From Nemertoderma westbladi (Eukaryota > Animalia > Xenacoelomorpha), in the NCBI GenBank assembly GCA_032718475.1, contig JAUCBJ010002907.1, forward strand, positions 31,356 through 95,355: a DNA stretch of 64,000 bases. Reading direction: 5' to 3'. This document shows positions 25,978 to 38,477 of this stretch, piece by piece. Under the pieces are notes generated by a model that worked only from the letters and a program-made list of their open reading frames with translations, did not search any database and was not told the DNA's origin. Both the position numbers and the translations under genes were made by a program. How positions within the stretch are numbered: position 1 is the stretch's first letter; every line of letters begins with the position of its first letter.

Positions 25978-27600
25978 TAACAGTAGGATGGTAGCTAGTA
26001 ATTTTCATTTTTTTTAGCTAGTGAAATAAATTAAATTTGAAAATTTTATTACAATTCCTTTTTGTGAAAGTGGTTATCATCATGAGTTTTATGCTAGAAC
26101 AAATATTTGACTTTCTTTTATTAAGATGGTAGCTAGTAAATTTGATTTTTCTTTTTATAAGATATTAAACAAACAAAACCTCTTTATAACTATTTTTACT
26201 CTCGATATTTTTACTCTCGATATTATTCATCAGTCGATATTTTTCAACACTCGATATTTTTACTCTCGATATTTTTCAACACTCGATATTTTTACTCTCG
26301 ATATTTTTCAACACTCGATATTTTTACTCTCGATATTTTTCAACACTCGATATTTTTACTCTCGATATTTTTCAACACTCGATATTTTTACTCTCGATAT
26401 TTTTACTCTCGATATTTTTCAACACTCGATATTTTTCAACACTCGATATTTTTTCTCTCGATATTTTTCAACACTCGATATTTTTCAACACTCGATATTT
26501 TTCAACACTCGATATTTTTCAACACTCGATATTTTTCAACACTCGATATTTTTCAACACTCGATATTTTTACTCTCGATATTTTTCAACACTCGATATTT
26601 TTCAACACTCGATATTTTTACTCTCGATATTTTTCAACACTCGATATTTTTTCTCTCGATATTTTTCAACACTCGATATTTTTCAACACTCGATATTTTT
26701 CAACACTCGATATTTTTCAACACTCGATATTTTTACTCTCGATATTTTCAAGCACTCGATATTTTTACTCTCGATATTTTTCAACACTCGATAATTTTAC
26801 TCTCGATGTTTTTCAACACTCGATATTTTTACTCTTGATATTTTTCAACACTCGATATTTTTACTCTCGATATTTTTCAACACTCGATATTTTTACTCTC
26901 GATATTTTTCAACACTCGATATTTTTCAACACTCGATATTTTTTCTCTCGATATTTTTCAACACTCGATATTTTTCAACACTCGATATTTTTCAACACTC
27001 GATATTTTTCAACACTCGATATTTTTCAACACTCGATATTTTTACTCTCGATATTTTTCAACACTCGATATTTTTCAACACTCGATATTTTTACTCTCGA
27101 TATTTTTCAACACTCGATATTTTTTCTCTCGATATTTTTCAACACTCGATATTTTTCAACACTCGATATTTTTCAACACTCGATATTTTTCAACACTCGA
27201 TATTTTTCAACACTCGATATTTTTCAACACTCGATATTTTTCAACACTCAATATTTTTCAACACTCGATATTTTTCAACACTCGATATTTTTACTCTCGA
27301 TATTTTCAAGCACTCGATATTTTTACTCTAGATATTTTTCAACACTCGATAATTTTACTCTCGATATTTTTCAACACTCGATATTTTTACTCTCGATATT
27401 TTTCAACACTCGATATTTTTCAACACTCGATATTTTTCAACACTCGATATTTTCGATATTTTTCATCTCGCGTTATTTTTACTCTCGATATTTTTTAATC
27501 ACGTTAATTTTAAACACTCGTTATTTATCCTCTCGATATTTTTACTCTCGATGTTTTTACTCTCGATATTTTTCAAGTCTCGTTATTTTTCACCATTACC

Positions 27601-28075
27601 TTGAAAACCTATAAATACCGAAAATGGAAATTTTCTATGAAGCTTTAGATATTTTGACATTTAGTGCCATCTAAACACATGTGCCAAATGCTAAAAAGTG
27701 GCACCTATGTGCCACTAGAGAATTCGAAACCGTTTGTAATCGAATCAGCACCTTTGAAAACCTATAAATACCGAAAATGGAAATTTTCTATGAAGCTTTA
27801 GAGATTTTGATATTTTGTGCCATGCTAAACACATGTGCCAAATGCTAAAAAGTGGCACCTATGTGCCACTAGAGAATTCGAAACCGTTTGTAATCGAATC
27901 AGCACCTTTGAAAACCTATAAATACCGAAAATTGAACATTTCTATGAAGCTTTAGAGATTTTAATATTTTGTGCCATGCTAAACACATGTGCCATGTGCC
28001 ACAAGCTAAAAAGTGGCACTTCTACGCTACTAGAGAATTTGAAACCATTTGTTAGTGCTTCAGCACCCTGTTAAA
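27601..28075. repeat. Tandem repeat of about 154 bp (about 3 copies; a further partial copy at 20645-20749, split off by the MULE)
   Basis: TTGAAAACCTATAAATACCG recurs at 27601, 27754 and 27908. Confidence 0.85.
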
Positions 28076-28299
28076 CCTTGTGGAACCGAAATCTGCGCCA
28101 TTCTGCCTGTGTCTATTGTGTTTGCCAAATACGCCAATTTTGGCACGTGCCAGAATTGGCACACAGCCACCCTTTGAGAATTTGAGACCCATCTCAGAAG
28201 ATTCGCCGCTTTCCGAAAGCCCGTATAGGTGAAAAATAGTGCCCAAACTATGAATATTTTTCGAAATAGGAAATTTTGGCCACAAAACAGGGTTTCTGG

Positions 28300-28900
28300 C
28301 CCACTGTGGCTCGGTGAGGAACACGTAGAAATTACTATCCATCAACGACAGATGTCCTTTCTTAAAAAACTCAAAAGCAGAGATAACTTTGAAGTTAGCT
28401 ACCATCATTTTGTCTTGAATATTGCCCAATCAGCTAAAAGTCCGATGGGAGAGTACCTCAAAAATTATTTGCGATCATCAATAATATCCAAGTTGGCTAG
28501 TTTTAGGGAACTGACGAAATCTGCAACAGGAACCAGGTTCCTGAATTACATCGAAATAAACCCAAGTCTAGCCCGTCATCCAGTATACTTAGATGCGTTA
28601 GTCCCTGAATTCGAACGTATAAAGTTTACACAATTATGTTTAAGCTCACATTCCCTACCGATGTGAATGGGAAAATGGTTGAGGACACCCTCGGACCAAT
28701 GTCTATGCTTTGCAAGCTCACCCAGAACGATGCCCACGTGTTACACTGCCAAACTCATTAATCGTAAGATCTCTATATCTTCAAAATAATGATATTTCCA
28801 AAGACCTAATACTTTCCAAGATATTATAAACTACCAAACAAGGCAATCACCCAGCTGTGTTTTAAAATATCTAATCTATATTCAACATAAGAGTGTTAAA
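28300..28900 (+). mobile_element. LINE 3' fragment (post-RT domain, RTE-X-like)
   Basis: ERIKFTQLCLSSHSLPM..GKW.R.P parallels FRTSSHSLMIEQGRWNSTP in the 48010-50295 ORF. Confidence 0.55.
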
Positions 28901-29722
28901 ATAAACTCTGTTTTAGTGAAGTGCAACTAAATTTTCAAAAAGTGAAGTAAAGAAATAAATATTATTATTTGGACTACTATTACTTATATATATTATGGAA
29001 TTCTTATAGAATATTCATCCCTATTTGTGTACTGTATGTATATTATGTATCTATATATAATAATATCATCAATAAATAACTAACTAGTCTTTCATAGCAA
29101 CTAGCGACCTAAGCATTCTATGACTATATTATGGTACTGTTTCAACATACCCTGCTGTATCATACATAGTGTGTTTATTGAACTTGTTTCCAGTCACAGT
29201 TACCATGACAACCGTTGCAATATAGATATTCATTGACAGCACATTTGATTTAGGTAATGTTAGCACCGTAAGGTTAATATATTATTATTTTATGTCTAAT
29301 TGTGTTTGCTTTCATTAAGTACAATAATATGTGATATTGTTTCGTTTATGAATGAAACAATCAAATTTTGATGACACCCTAACAATATGCATACAATACC
29401 ACCATAGTATAATATTGTATTATTATACTGTTATATTATAAATATTCCCCGTTAACAAGAGGGGCTAAGGGCAAGATACTGAATACATGACGTTTGACGC
29501 AAGAATATTTGGGACAGGGTGTTTCAGAGATGGGAGTGACTGGCGCAGTTTGGATGTTGAAAAAACAAACCGAACTGGCCGTGTGCACTACGTTGGTATG
29601 AGACCACGCAACCTTCACACAAACAGATTGGTTGCCTGACCTCGGTACTCAAACTTACAGATAATGGGCCTGGAATCGTCAGCAATTGCAGGATCCACCA
29701 GGTCAATGTCCTCTGGGGGAAC

Positions 29723-30855
29723 CAGTGCCGGATTAAGCCTCTGGTGGCCCTAAGGCACATTTGAGTAATTTTTAGCAAATAGCACGAAAATTGATATTTT
29801 TTCCACAAACCCTTTTAAAAGAAAAAGCTGCTAAAACAATAGAAATGTTGAAAATGTTGCGAAAGAAGTATAAAGTATTTTCGTTGGATAAGCTAACATA
29901 ATTAAAACACTGTGAAGTAAGTACTTTGTAAAATTAGTTTTCAGGTCGGTTTTTTCAAAAATTGCATAACTTTTAAGGCATTTATGTAAATTAGCTCATG
30001 TTTAAGGATCTGTAATAGGCCTACCACCTGGGTTGAAGTTCTTGGTTCAAGACTTTGGTAAAATGGACCTAGATATGTAGGTTATCTTCTATGAAAATTT
30101 TACCACAAAATTATTGTTTTTTAAACATTTATGGGGGTTTTAATATGTCCGGGCTATATTTTTGGAATCAAATATTTTGTGATAGTTACTTGACGCAAAA
30201 CCTACGGAGCCCGGGAAGGGACATGAGAAAAATATTTTTCTAACACGAGCCCTCATGATAGCTCCAACGACCATTTACGTTAATATTACAAATATTACAA
30301 ATTACGAATTGGCAGTTAAAATGCCATCGAGTGCAAAATTCAATACACGAGGGCAGAACATCTGAATTTCGGTTAAATTAAATTAGTGACAAGGAGTTAT
30401 TTCTGATACGTTTTTTATCGACTACTATTTTATCTACAACTAATTTATCCTTTATTTTATCTATTAGGGTCTATATTTATAAAACGAGTTTCCCGTAAAA
30501 TTTTTTCATAACTTTTTATGAATCTACAAATTACGTTAATAATAATGATGAAATTGAAATATCTAAATATTGTGCCACTACCGCCTGGTCTCGAACCCAG
30601 TAAATAATAACACAGCACCTGTCGGTCGACTGAGCACGAATTTTGTACTTTTCTATCACAAATTTCGTAATAGAGACTAGAAAGTAAAGTTGCACTATGT
30701 TGCTCTTTTTTCAACAAATTTTAGTGAGAAAAAATGTGGATTTTTCAGATAAAAATATATTTTTCACAGGATTGACTCGCTGAGAATAAATGGCCCGTAT
30801 TTTCGGCTGGCCCTAAGGCACGTGCCTTATATGCCTTAAGGTTAATCCGGCACTG
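29723..30855. mobile_element. hAT-like non-autonomous element
   Basis: 14-bp TIR CAGTGCCGGATTAA / TTAATCCGGCACTG; 8-bp TSD GGGGGAAC at 29715-29722 and 30856-30863; subterminal GGCCCTAAGGCAC at both ends. Confidence 0.85.
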
Positions 30856-31119
30856 GGGGGAACAACCGCTGGTACCACCCCGTCCTCAAGATAACTGCAC
30901 GCACGCCCCCTGGCGGCTCTAACAGCAGTGCGCTCGGGTTGGATCATTGCATCATTATATTGGTTAGAATTGCCAAGAATTAAGAATTACCTTAGCTTCC
31001 CCAATAGCGGTGTGAACTGCAAGCTGAATATATTATTATTTTGTGTATAATTGGGTTTGTTTTTATTAAGTACAATAATATGTGATATTGTTTCATTTAT
31101 GAATGAAACAATTTTATAT

Positions 31120-31585
31120 CAACTGCAACTTCAAGGCCAGTGTCTTTTAAGATGCTTCTGAAGAAAGTCATGGGCTGTCCACCATGCTTATTCACTCCAT
31201 GAGGCTGCCAAAGTTCAAGATTATGCACTGGCTGGTCCTCACGGCGAAAACAATGTTCTGCAAAGCGGGGGCGGTTCTGTTCAAGTGTCAAGCTTGGGTA
31301 GACTAATGGAACACCACTAATGTTGTATAGAGTCTGATTGGAGATGTGTTCATTATACTTCTCACCATGAACCCGGCGCAGTATTCTTGTGAAAGTGCCA
31401 TCCAGAGATTTGGTATTTCTCTGCAGTTAGAGTCCAGCATGGACTACCATATAAGAGTACTGGAACTACTACAGCCATAAATAAGCGAACCTTAAGGTTC
31501 CGTTTTATTCTATGGGACTTCCAAATCCTGGACAGACTATTTAACACTTACCATGCCTTCCCCTTACGTATCCGAAGGTCGTCAC
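31120..31585 (-). mobile_element. RTE-like LINE 3' portion (another copy of the 2015-3020 family)
   Basis: LSRIWKSHRI...VPVLLYGSPCW; FAEHCFRREDQPVHNL. Confidence 0.8.
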
Positions 31586-33155
31586 CCTCATAAAGTATTG
31601 TATTATAACTATGTACTTGGTTGCGATATCTAATCTTTTAATGACTGGTCGGGGCAATACTCACTCAAAAGGATCAGTGACGGTACAGTGGAATATATAT
31701 ATATCTTGATATCATACTGAAGTCTTATAATGCTTAGATCGCAGGTTGATATGGAGATCCTATTGGACTTAGCAACGGTTGTCATGATAACTGTGACACG
31801 AAACCAATTTAAATAACTTTAATATACTGGGGACAGAGTCACAATAGTCATATAATGCTTAAATTGGTGTTACTGTAGTTATGGCGATTACTGCCCCTAA
31901 CAACTAGCAGCTATGGTAACAGTGCTTCGGGACTGGGTTCATTGGATTGGCTATCATGTGTAAATACTCTAGATATTGAGTGGTTATAACAGCGGTTGCT
32001 AGGGTCTCAGTCGATGTTGACATGGAAACACGTTTTATTGAAATTGCTCAAGGATGAGAGAGCGACACCCTCCCTAATATCGATTAGTATGGTATTATTA
32101 GTAGTATTGGTAGTATTTGTTATTTACTATGATATTACTTGTATTTGCTATGAAACTGATGTGACATTTTATGGGTATAAAATTGCATGGTTCATCACTC
32201 TGATGACGGACTATTATGATTTTGTCTTTCGACTAGATATACGGCCGAACTGCCACGGTGAGAACGGCCGTACTTGTAGGTAAGAACATCTGTCACCCTG
32301 GTCAATCACAGCATCTGTTGTTAAGCTTGTATGCAGGCAGTCTAACTGGCATTCCCATAAATTATAGACTTCTCAATTTGACAGATAAACTACTGTAAGG
32401 CACTTGTTGTACTGCCTCAACACCAAATGGAAATGATGTAGGCCCACGTAAGTAATGGAAGAATTCCATAAGCCTATGGGAATTATCGCTAGTAGAGATT
32501 TTATATTTTTCGATTAAAATAAATTATTTGCCTGAGCAAACATATCATTCATGTAGAAAATTATATTTATAATATTGCCATTGCATTTGTGAATTTAGTT
32601 TTGAATCGAGTCGTGAATTTACATAATAACCAGTTTTCGGTTAAATATCGTTAATTTAAATTCTTAGAATTAAGATCACTAGGGAGAGGGGCGAGTGGGC
32701 GAATGGAAATGTTGTTGAGATGTGTTTGTTTCCGTCCAAATAGGGAGGGGCGAGTGGGCAAATGGAAATGTTGTTTGTTTCCGTCTAAAATTGTAACTTT
32801 TAATTAATTCAAGCTTGCTAATTAATCTTATTGTAAAGGTAGTTAGTTACATTATTTCATAGTTATACTTCACCACTAAATGTCATAAACTAAAATTATA
32901 GTTCTATATGCGGTTGGCAGACATGATCTAAATATGTGGGCGGATTTATGGAATCTGCGGTGGAATTCCCTCACAAGCAGAGGAGTTAATGATAGATTCG
33001 ACAGTATAATGTAGTAATGATACCGGTAATAATTACCGGTATTATACAGTATAATGTCAATTAGGTAGATAAAGTAAAGTAAAGTATTCTTTGTTCTAGC
33101 ATGCGCTCTACTATTGGGGATTCAGTTTTATCATATTATTATAGAATTGAACCAA

Positions 33156-34013
33156 TTAAAGTCTTTGAACTACAAAGTTGTTAAAAGGCTTCTGAGAAAT
33201 GTTACAGTATATCCGGTCCTCTACGTTGACTATAACTGTTAAAATATTTATCAATTTATGCTTATAAAAATATGGAAATGGAACAATTGGCTGATATTTA
33301 AAATTGCCATCGAGGATAAGGTGTGGTGAAACCAGCAACCGCATAATATCTGATACTGTAGACAAAATTATCACCATCGGATCCCCTGCCTGCTGCGGGG
33401 AATAACTAATTAGCCTCTCATTCTGCCAACCATCACCGGGATTCGAGAAACGTCCTCTATGAGTGAAGGTCAATGCAGCAGGAATTTCGAGAATGTTGTC
33501 AACCTTCGGTACACTCTTTCGCCTATGTCGTTGATATGATCTCTGAACTGATGAGAATGCAGGCAGCTTATCTTCAATTGCTTGTCGCTGGAATTCCGGT
33601 AGACCACCATAAGCAACTTGAATTTCAGCTAAGGAATCGTTATACGCAGTACGAGGCCGTTTTCCAGTTGTCTGTATAACTTGCCTCGCTTTCCTGTCGA
33701 TTTCTTTAGCGACAGCAATTTCCTTATCAATACCTAAACAGTAATGTGGACGATTGGGATTGACCGGATCAGTGACAATTCGTTCACCTTTAACAACAAG
33801 GCTCGGTGGTGGAGGCAATGTGTTGTCCACATCTCTCGCCTCCTTGCACAGCTTGCATTTATAGTAAATCGCATTCTCACTTTTAGCTCGAAACATAAAC
33901 TCTAGAACCTTGCCGTTTTCGATAGGATAACAGATAAGTGGATTTTTCCCAGTTTTTGTTCTGCGCGTGTAGTCTGAAAAGGAACCGTAGTCTGCTGGTA
34001 CTGCACCCGCCAT
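33156..34013 (-). pseudogene. N-terminal part of a MULE-type transposase (zinc-binding region plus first catalytic Asp), truncated
   Basis: YYKCKLC...PHYC zinc-finger-like motif, RQ...KRPRTAY helix, LILDGNFKYQP (compare DGTF..P); adjacent TTTAGAACTAA(TGAC/AGTCC) array at 34155-34358 resembles a modular TIR. Confidence 0.6.
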
Positions 34014-34154
34014 ACTGCACTACAAAACAAAGTTTAGAAGTTAGGCCAACTCAAGAGTCAGAAAGTGCAGTGCAGATTAAGAGCACAATCAAAGACAATG
34101 CAGTACCGGTATTTTACTGTACTGCTTTGATTTTAAATTCCCCCCTCTACTGGT

Positions 34155-34358
34155 CTTTAGAACAACTGACACCCCTATTAGAACTACTGACGCATGCGTT
34201 TAGAACAACTGACGCTTCAATTAGAATTTAAGTACTTTTGAATTTAGAACTAAAGTCCTTTAGAACTAATGACATCCCCGATTAGAACTAATGACGTTTC
34301 CGGTTTAGAACTAAAGTCCATTAGAACTAAAGTCCTTTAGAACTAATGACGTGATGCC
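34155..34358. repeat. TTAGAACTAATGAC-type subterminal repeat array (probable MULE TIR)
   Basis: About 9 copies of TTAGAAC(T/A)A, directly 5' of the minus-strand transposase ORF. Confidence 0.55.
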
Positions 34359-35249
34359 AGGACTACTTAGTACTTGTAGTAAACAAACAACTAATAAAAT
34401 CACAATGCTGAGAGACATAGTAGAGAGACATGTAATTTTAATTAAAAAAAGTGCATAATTATATGAATGGAGGTTAGAGGTCGGGCAATTCCCATCTCGG
34501 CGAATTAATGCATCGTTTCGATGTTAAATTATTAATAACTAACTTTAACAAATATTAATTTTTGGAAAGGAGAATTTTCTTTTAGGGTCCTTTTTTCCTG
34601 GGAGTGGGCTGAATTTTTATTTGACCATGTAGCTTAGAAATACATGAGTATCGAAAATTATTTCAATGAGAAATGAAATGACTGAATACTTTGTTAAAAT
34701 AATAAAGTAAGGTAAAGTAATCCGTGAACGTGAAATAAGAAACATAAGAGGCAACCTGAAGGCTCTTGTCTCACGGCTGTTACCAGTGCGTCACACTAAC
34801 TCCCAAAGGTGAATGCTCTGTAACTATGCAACCCTTACTTGGTAGGCGAGCACCACTTACTAGGAATTTGTAATCAGGATGGCACGGGTCCGGGTATGTA
34901 CCCAGGAACACCAAGAGCGGACGTTCGAGAATGGCTTCAGTTTTGACCTTCTTGATAAATATTTTTTCAAAATTGTGATATCAATGTAAACAACTTGAGA
35001 ATTCTAAGCATTTTGAGCTAAATAAATGAACTCTAAATATTCACTAGCACCAAATTGCCCACCCACCCTTTGTAACAACGTTCTGGAACAAATAAATCAT
35101 AATCTAAACATGTAGCCCCGGTGGTCTTATAAGCGTTCCTAAAAATAATTGGTAGATTCGAATTCGCATTGTACAATTAAACATTTCGGAAATAAACGTT
35201 TCGGATTATTTACTTAAATAGTTAAATTTATAAACTTTTTAATTATAAA

Positions 35250-35540
35250 TAAATTAGTTATAAATAAAATCAAAATTTTATTCCACCGATGGGATATGCG
35301 GATGATTATCTACAACTTTGAATTTCATTATTTTCCTATAGGACCTATAGTTTTCTTAAATAGCGAAATTTAGTACCTTTTTAATTTTAAATATATTAGT
35401 TATAAATAAAGTCAACATTTTATTCCACCGATGGGCTACGCGGACGATTATCTACAACTTTGAGTTTCATCATTTTCCCATAGGACCTATAGTTTTCTTA
35501 AATAGCGAAATTTATTACCTTTTTAATTATAAATATATTA
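35250..35540. repeat. Tandem duplication of about 142 bp inside an unclassified non-autonomous element
   Basis: TTTTATTCCACCGATGGG...ATTATCTACAACTTTG...TAGGACCTATAGTTTTCTTAAATAGCGAAATT occurs twice. Confidence 0.7.
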
Positions 35541-38237
35541 GTAAATTGATCAATTTACTTGAAATTTGGTACACGTATTTCTGGTAACCCCCTTCATATT
35601 GTGTGCAAATTAAAAAAAAAATCGTATCTGCAGTTCCTGAGATCGAATGATTTTGGACTAGAGTGTACATATATACTGCTTTGCCACTACCATTATAATT
35701 CGCATCATTTACCCACTACTGATTAGCCCCATTCAATAGATTAACTGTAAACATTGTTCATATAATGGATATGTGTATTGCTGGGCAGACTGGCTATAGT
35801 ATAACATCCGTCATTAAACAACCCCAGTAGTCAGACACTGTGGTTATCATTAAATCAAATTGTCTATAAATAGTACACATTAGATGGCCCCATATTACTA
35901 CTGAGATAACGGCATACTAGCAGCTCTACCTACCTACTGTGGTTGCCAAGCCAACTCTGAATTAATTCTACCAGCGAACTGCCTCGGTGCTCTTCCCAAT
36001 CAGATATCGGCAAGATTTATTTAGGAGCCCGCTTGACAGCGGGATACTTACTGTAAGAATCTTCAGGATACATTACATTGACTGACACTGACTGACTGAT
36101 AATTATCTAGGTTAAGGCACTTCCTGCCTGGCGATTTTGATGAAATTTTGCAAGTACATTGCTTTTGAGGTTCATAATCGCGTTACAAAATTTCAGATCG
36201 ATTCTATGTGTGGTATTCGATATATTTAGTTTTTTGACATTGTTTTGTCGCGAAATTAAAAGCAATGGTAAAATAACAGCTGGTGTTCATGATGAAATAT
36301 GGCTTAATATGTTATACACAGTCATAGTAAAACGTATTGGTTGCCAAGTTTTACTAGTAGGCTATAAGGAAAGTCAATGTTTACTCACACATAAGCTGTT
36401 GGTTTCTAATGTATTACCCCATAAGCTGATTGCTCTCCCAGTGCTTCCTAAGGGTATATCTACAATAAGGTTACTCACTCTGCTATGTTAGGGGGTGGAT
36501 CAGGAGAATGAATTTTAGTTACACAAAGCAGTGTGTTGTGTCCTATTGCAGTCGATACTCACTGTGGATTGCAAAATGTTTTATAGTTGACCTACACTAT
36601 AATACAGTAGTTGCATGTATTTAAGGAGCCCGCTCTGGCCTACTGCCTAACTTAGCAGTAATACCTATATTACATATACACATATTAAAAATATTCTTAT
36701 TTTTTTTATTACATACGATTTTTTAGCTGAAACGATTTTTTAGCTGAAGCATTAATAGTGTAAATTAATTTAATTATATTTTAATACCATTACTACATTG
36801 GCATACTGTAAGATAAGTTTTAATATTTCTTACAAATAGTGGTGCGAGCATAAATCAAATCACGCAAATTTAAAAGAACCGGGTGTGTTGTCATAGCAAA
36901 GTTTCAGTTTTTATTATGTGGGACGAGCCACAAAGTACTGCTGAGAAAGACTGAAAGGTTCAAAGACTGTATGTCAACAATGTTATTATTATTATAGTCT
37001 GCGCCACAAACAGAATATGCCAAATAATTAAATTAGCAATATAAATTTCAGAAAAATAGCTATCGGACTTGCCTGAAGAAATCGAATTATAATCCACTTA
37101 GTTTGTTATATTGATGATATTATTACTCTCTGGGAATGTGTTGGAATGGGAGATTGTAAATTATTATTGAACAGTAAATATTACATATCCCATAAAAGTC
37201 GTCATAATTAATTGTGTAGAAACAATTGTTCACCTTCTCGTTTAGATTAATTAGTAAATAAATAAATTAGTTTAGATATTTTCTGTTAGCGAATTTATTT
37301 CGAATAATACTAAAGTGTGTAGGCCGATTGTTTAATTTGCGTTATTATTTTTCGCCGCGACCTAGACTTCTATTAATTGTTAAATCTAATGGTTTTCAAA
37401 AAGAAAGGTAACCGTACCTGTACTGGTAAATCTAACTTGTTATTTATCTGGTTGTGAATCATGGGCATTTTCTTATAAATATTCGGTTGTTAGTGGCAGC
37501 AAAGTTTCATTTTTTATTATGTGGGGCAAGCCACAAAGTCAGCTATGTATCATCACACCATTTAGGCAATTGTTTAGTTTAGTATTGGCTAGGATTCTTC
37601 CCCCCGGGCTCCTTCCAGCCAGCTTGCTGGCTCTCTAGTTCTAATAGTTTTTATTAATTTTTAATAACTTTAAAACATTCTCACTCGGCCCCTAATTTAT
37701 GAATTTATTTGAAATTTGGTGCAGGGTTATATGGAACCGCGGCGCAGGTCGTGTGCAAATTTCAAGAAAATCGTATGGGCAGTTGCTGAGATGTACTGCA
37801 ATGTGCCTAGGTCATGGGTATAGGGTTCTCACAATCTGGGACGGCGCTTTATCTTGGTAGCTACCGCGCCGGTTTTCTTGCAGGGAAAGGGCCCTCTCCA
37901 CCAAGCTAATAAAGCCAAGCAAGTGACTACTCCACCTGCTAGCTGGTAAATAATAATATTATTAAATGGTTCTATTAACATTTAAAATTTAAATTCTATT
38001 TATGCCAGTTAAAATGAAAAGTATAACTATCTCACAATTATTCAAATACTTATTTAAGTTTTGATTTGTTTTAAAATCTGTTTACTACTTTATTAACTTT
38101 ATACAATTTGTTTATTCTATTTTCACATCTTACCAATATTGTGCTGGTCTGTATTATTTTACAGTGTATGTTGCATAAAACGTATGATATTCGATATTAA
38201 ACTTAATTATATCAAAATTCACACTACAATATTCAGT

Positions 38238-38477
38238 TGTTAAGCCAAGGAATGCCTATTCACCACCATGGGTGATCTTCCACAGTAAACCCTTCCACTC
38301 TGTTTCCCAAATTGCCTTGGTTCCCATTTATCGACCACTAAAGGATGAAAGCCGGGGTTGGGCTAAGCTGCAGCATTTAAAGCACTGTGCCCAAACAGTG
38401 CTGGGATCGTAGGGATCGAACCAGGGCTCCCTAATCGGAAGCCCAGTAATGTCACCACTAGACCAAGCTGCTGCTTA
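38238..38477 (-). mobile_element. tRNA-derived SINE, apparently full length
   Basis: Minus strand: A box TGGTCTAGTGG, B box GGTTCGATCCC, central GCTTTCATCCTTT..GGTCGATAAATG domain. A second (split) copy lies at 42402-47060. Confidence 0.8.

Larger units (their letters stand above)
20750..27600 (-). mobile_element. Mutator (MULE)/foldback transposon, 6.85 kb, with about 1.3-1.4 kb TIRs made of 15/17-bp tandem units
   Basis: Left array (AAAAATATCGAGAGT / AAAAATATCGAGTGTTG)n 20750-22050 and inverted right array 26190-27600. Termini GGTTATATTGAAAAATATCG / CGTTATTTTTCACCATTACC. 8-bp TSD TTGAAAAC at 20742-20749 and 27601-27608. MULE transposase inside. Confidence 0.9.

Noticed and set aside
20733-27614. 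Long FSTLDIFQHSIF-repeat ORFs
   Set aside because: Stop-free translation of the MULE TIR arrays; all frames give the same words.
32195-32260. CTGATGA hammerhead core candidate
   Set aside because: No correctly placed GAAA after a closing stem II.
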